From: a virus
DNA: 64,000 nucleotides
Strand: one strand, 5' to 3'
IMG/VR virus record: IMGVR_UViG_3300042988_001343
Location: 1-64,000 of that record
Shown here in pieces: positions 63,153 to 64,000 of the stretch. The position numbers and the translations under genes were made by a program. Position 1 is the first letter of the stretch; every line of letters begins with the position of its first letter. The notes under the pieces were generated by a model, which made no database searches, was not told where the DNA came from, and was given only the letters and a program-made list of their open reading frames with translations.

Positions 63153-63433
63153 TGCCTGCTGTGTGTAGATTAGATGATGTCAGTCAGGGACATTGTTTTG
63201 AATCTAGGAAAAACATAGAAGCATCGTCAAACGTCTTTATCAATGGTAAGGGTGTGCACTTAGTTGGTCACGCATGGCCCACTCATACTTGTGGAAATAG
63301 TAGTCATGCTTCTAAGACTGCTGAAGGTTCACCTAATGTTTTTGCTAACGGTAAAGCCGTAGCACGGATCGGTGACGCCCTTGACTGTGGAGACAAGATT
63401 GCAGAAGGATCCCCAAATGTTTTTGCAAATTGA
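63152..63433 (+). CDS. 5.4: PAAR-repeat spike tip protein (gp5.4-like)
   Basis: VFINGKGVHLVGH...C...VFANGKAVARIGDALDCGD...SPNVFAN PAAR-like repeats; 93 aa. Confidence 0.6.
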   Translation: MPAVCRLDDVSQGHCFESRKNIEASSNVFINGKGVHLVGHAWPTHTCGNSSHASKTAEGSPNVFANGKAVARIGDALDCGDKIAEGSPNVFAN

Positions 63434-63444
63434 TTAAATAACTA

Positions 63445-63819
63445 ATGCCTACATACACCGACATTGATCTTAGTTTTGGTATCCATCCAATCACTAAAGA
63501 TGTATTAAAGAAAAATGACTTAGAGTCTGCTAGACAGGCTATTCGTCGTATTTTCTTTACAGAACAATTTGAAAAGCCATTTGATCCTTACTTCGGACTT
63601 GGTATCAGAAAACTGTTATTTGAACAGAATGATGCCACAATGAAGCCTATTGTCATGAGGAAAATAACTGAGCAATTTATTAATTATGATCCTAGGTTAG
63701 TATTAGATGATTTAGATTTTTTACAAACAGATAATGGCTTGGACATTACTGTATATTTTCATGTAATAGGAATAGCAGAAAGTCAAAAGGTAAACTTTAC
63801 CTTGGAGAGAGTTAGATGA
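63445..63819 (+). CDS. 25: baseplate wedge protein gp25 (gpW/lysozyme-like)
   Basis: DIDLSF...KPFDPYFG...LLFEQND resembles T4 gp25 SDIDPEM...RPFDPEFGCDLSDQLFE. Confidence 0.6.
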   Translation: MPTYTDIDLSFGIHPITKDVLKKNDLESARQAIRRIFFTEQFEKPFDPYFGLGIRKLLFEQNDATMKPIVMRKITEQFINYDPRLVLDDLDFLQTDNGLDITVYFHVIGIAESQKVNFTLERVR

Positions 63820-64000
63820 TAACAAATAAATTAAATGTTACTGATTTAGATTACGACAGTATTAAAACAAGTCTAGTCAAATACCTTAAAAGCCAAGATA
63901 CATTCAAGGATTATAACTTTGAATCTTCTGGTTTAAATGTTATCATTGAAATGCTAGCATATAATAGTCATTATCAAGCATTAATGGCTAACTTTGTTGC
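63816..64000 (+). CDS. 6: baseplate wedge protein gp6 (5' part; continues beyond window)
   Basis: DYNFESSGLNVIIEMLAYNSHYQALMANF resembles T4 gp6 DYDFEGSRLNVLCDLLAYNTLYIQQF. Confidence 0.6.
   Translation, partial: MITNKLNVTDLDYDSIKTSLVKYLKSQDTFKDYNFESSGLNVIIEMLAYNSHYQALMANFV

Overview
AT-rich window from a large T4-like (Tevenvirinae-related) phage of a Gram-negative host. All calls rest on reading the sequence and motifs from memory; no database search was run.

**Layout**
- 1-50 kb is an early, hyperplastic accessory region of small + strand genes. About 27 near-identical sigma70-type promoter cassettes (TTGACA-N17-TATAAT) sit in front of ORFs, each with an inverted repeat bracketing the -10 and a downstream arm that carries the Shine-Dalgarno. 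They resemble the PeSL (promoter-early stem-loop) cassettes of T4-type phages.
- 49.6-51.5 kb carries gp59-like and gp32 replication genes.
- 52.4-64 kb is a baseplate/tail module: gp29-like, gp53, gp27-like, a gp5 hub with an unusual domain set, a PAAR tip, gp25 and the start of gp6.

**Recognisable genes**
- A Prs-like phosphoribosyl pyrophosphokinase next to an Nampt/NadV-like enzyme. This NARP1-like NAD+ reconstitution pair is followed by translationally coupled CYTH and 5'-nucleotidase genes.
- DNA ligase (gene 30) and a SpoT-like small alarmone hydrolase.
- Mrp/ApbC Fe-S carrier ATPase, a MoxR ATPase with a vWA/CoxE-like partner, and a second vWA protein.
- Two SleB-like cell-wall hydrolases, an SPFH/band-7 protein and an OmpX/Ail/Lom-like outer-membrane barrel.
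- Rnl5-like and T4 Rnl1-like RNA ligases next to a PNK-like P-loop kinase.
- A cytidine/dCMP deaminase-fold protein, a WGR protein and an L7/L12-CTD-like protein.

**Homing endonucleases**
- Four are present: three GIY-YIG/Seg-like and one HNH, plus a further HNH at the window start.
- Three of the insertions sit between a short diverged duplicate of the 5' end of the downstream gene and the intact gene (nadV-like, ligase, metallophosphoesterase).
- One target gene (the metallophosphoesterase) appears frameshifted in a T-run.

No tRNA, rRNA or CRISPR was recognised.
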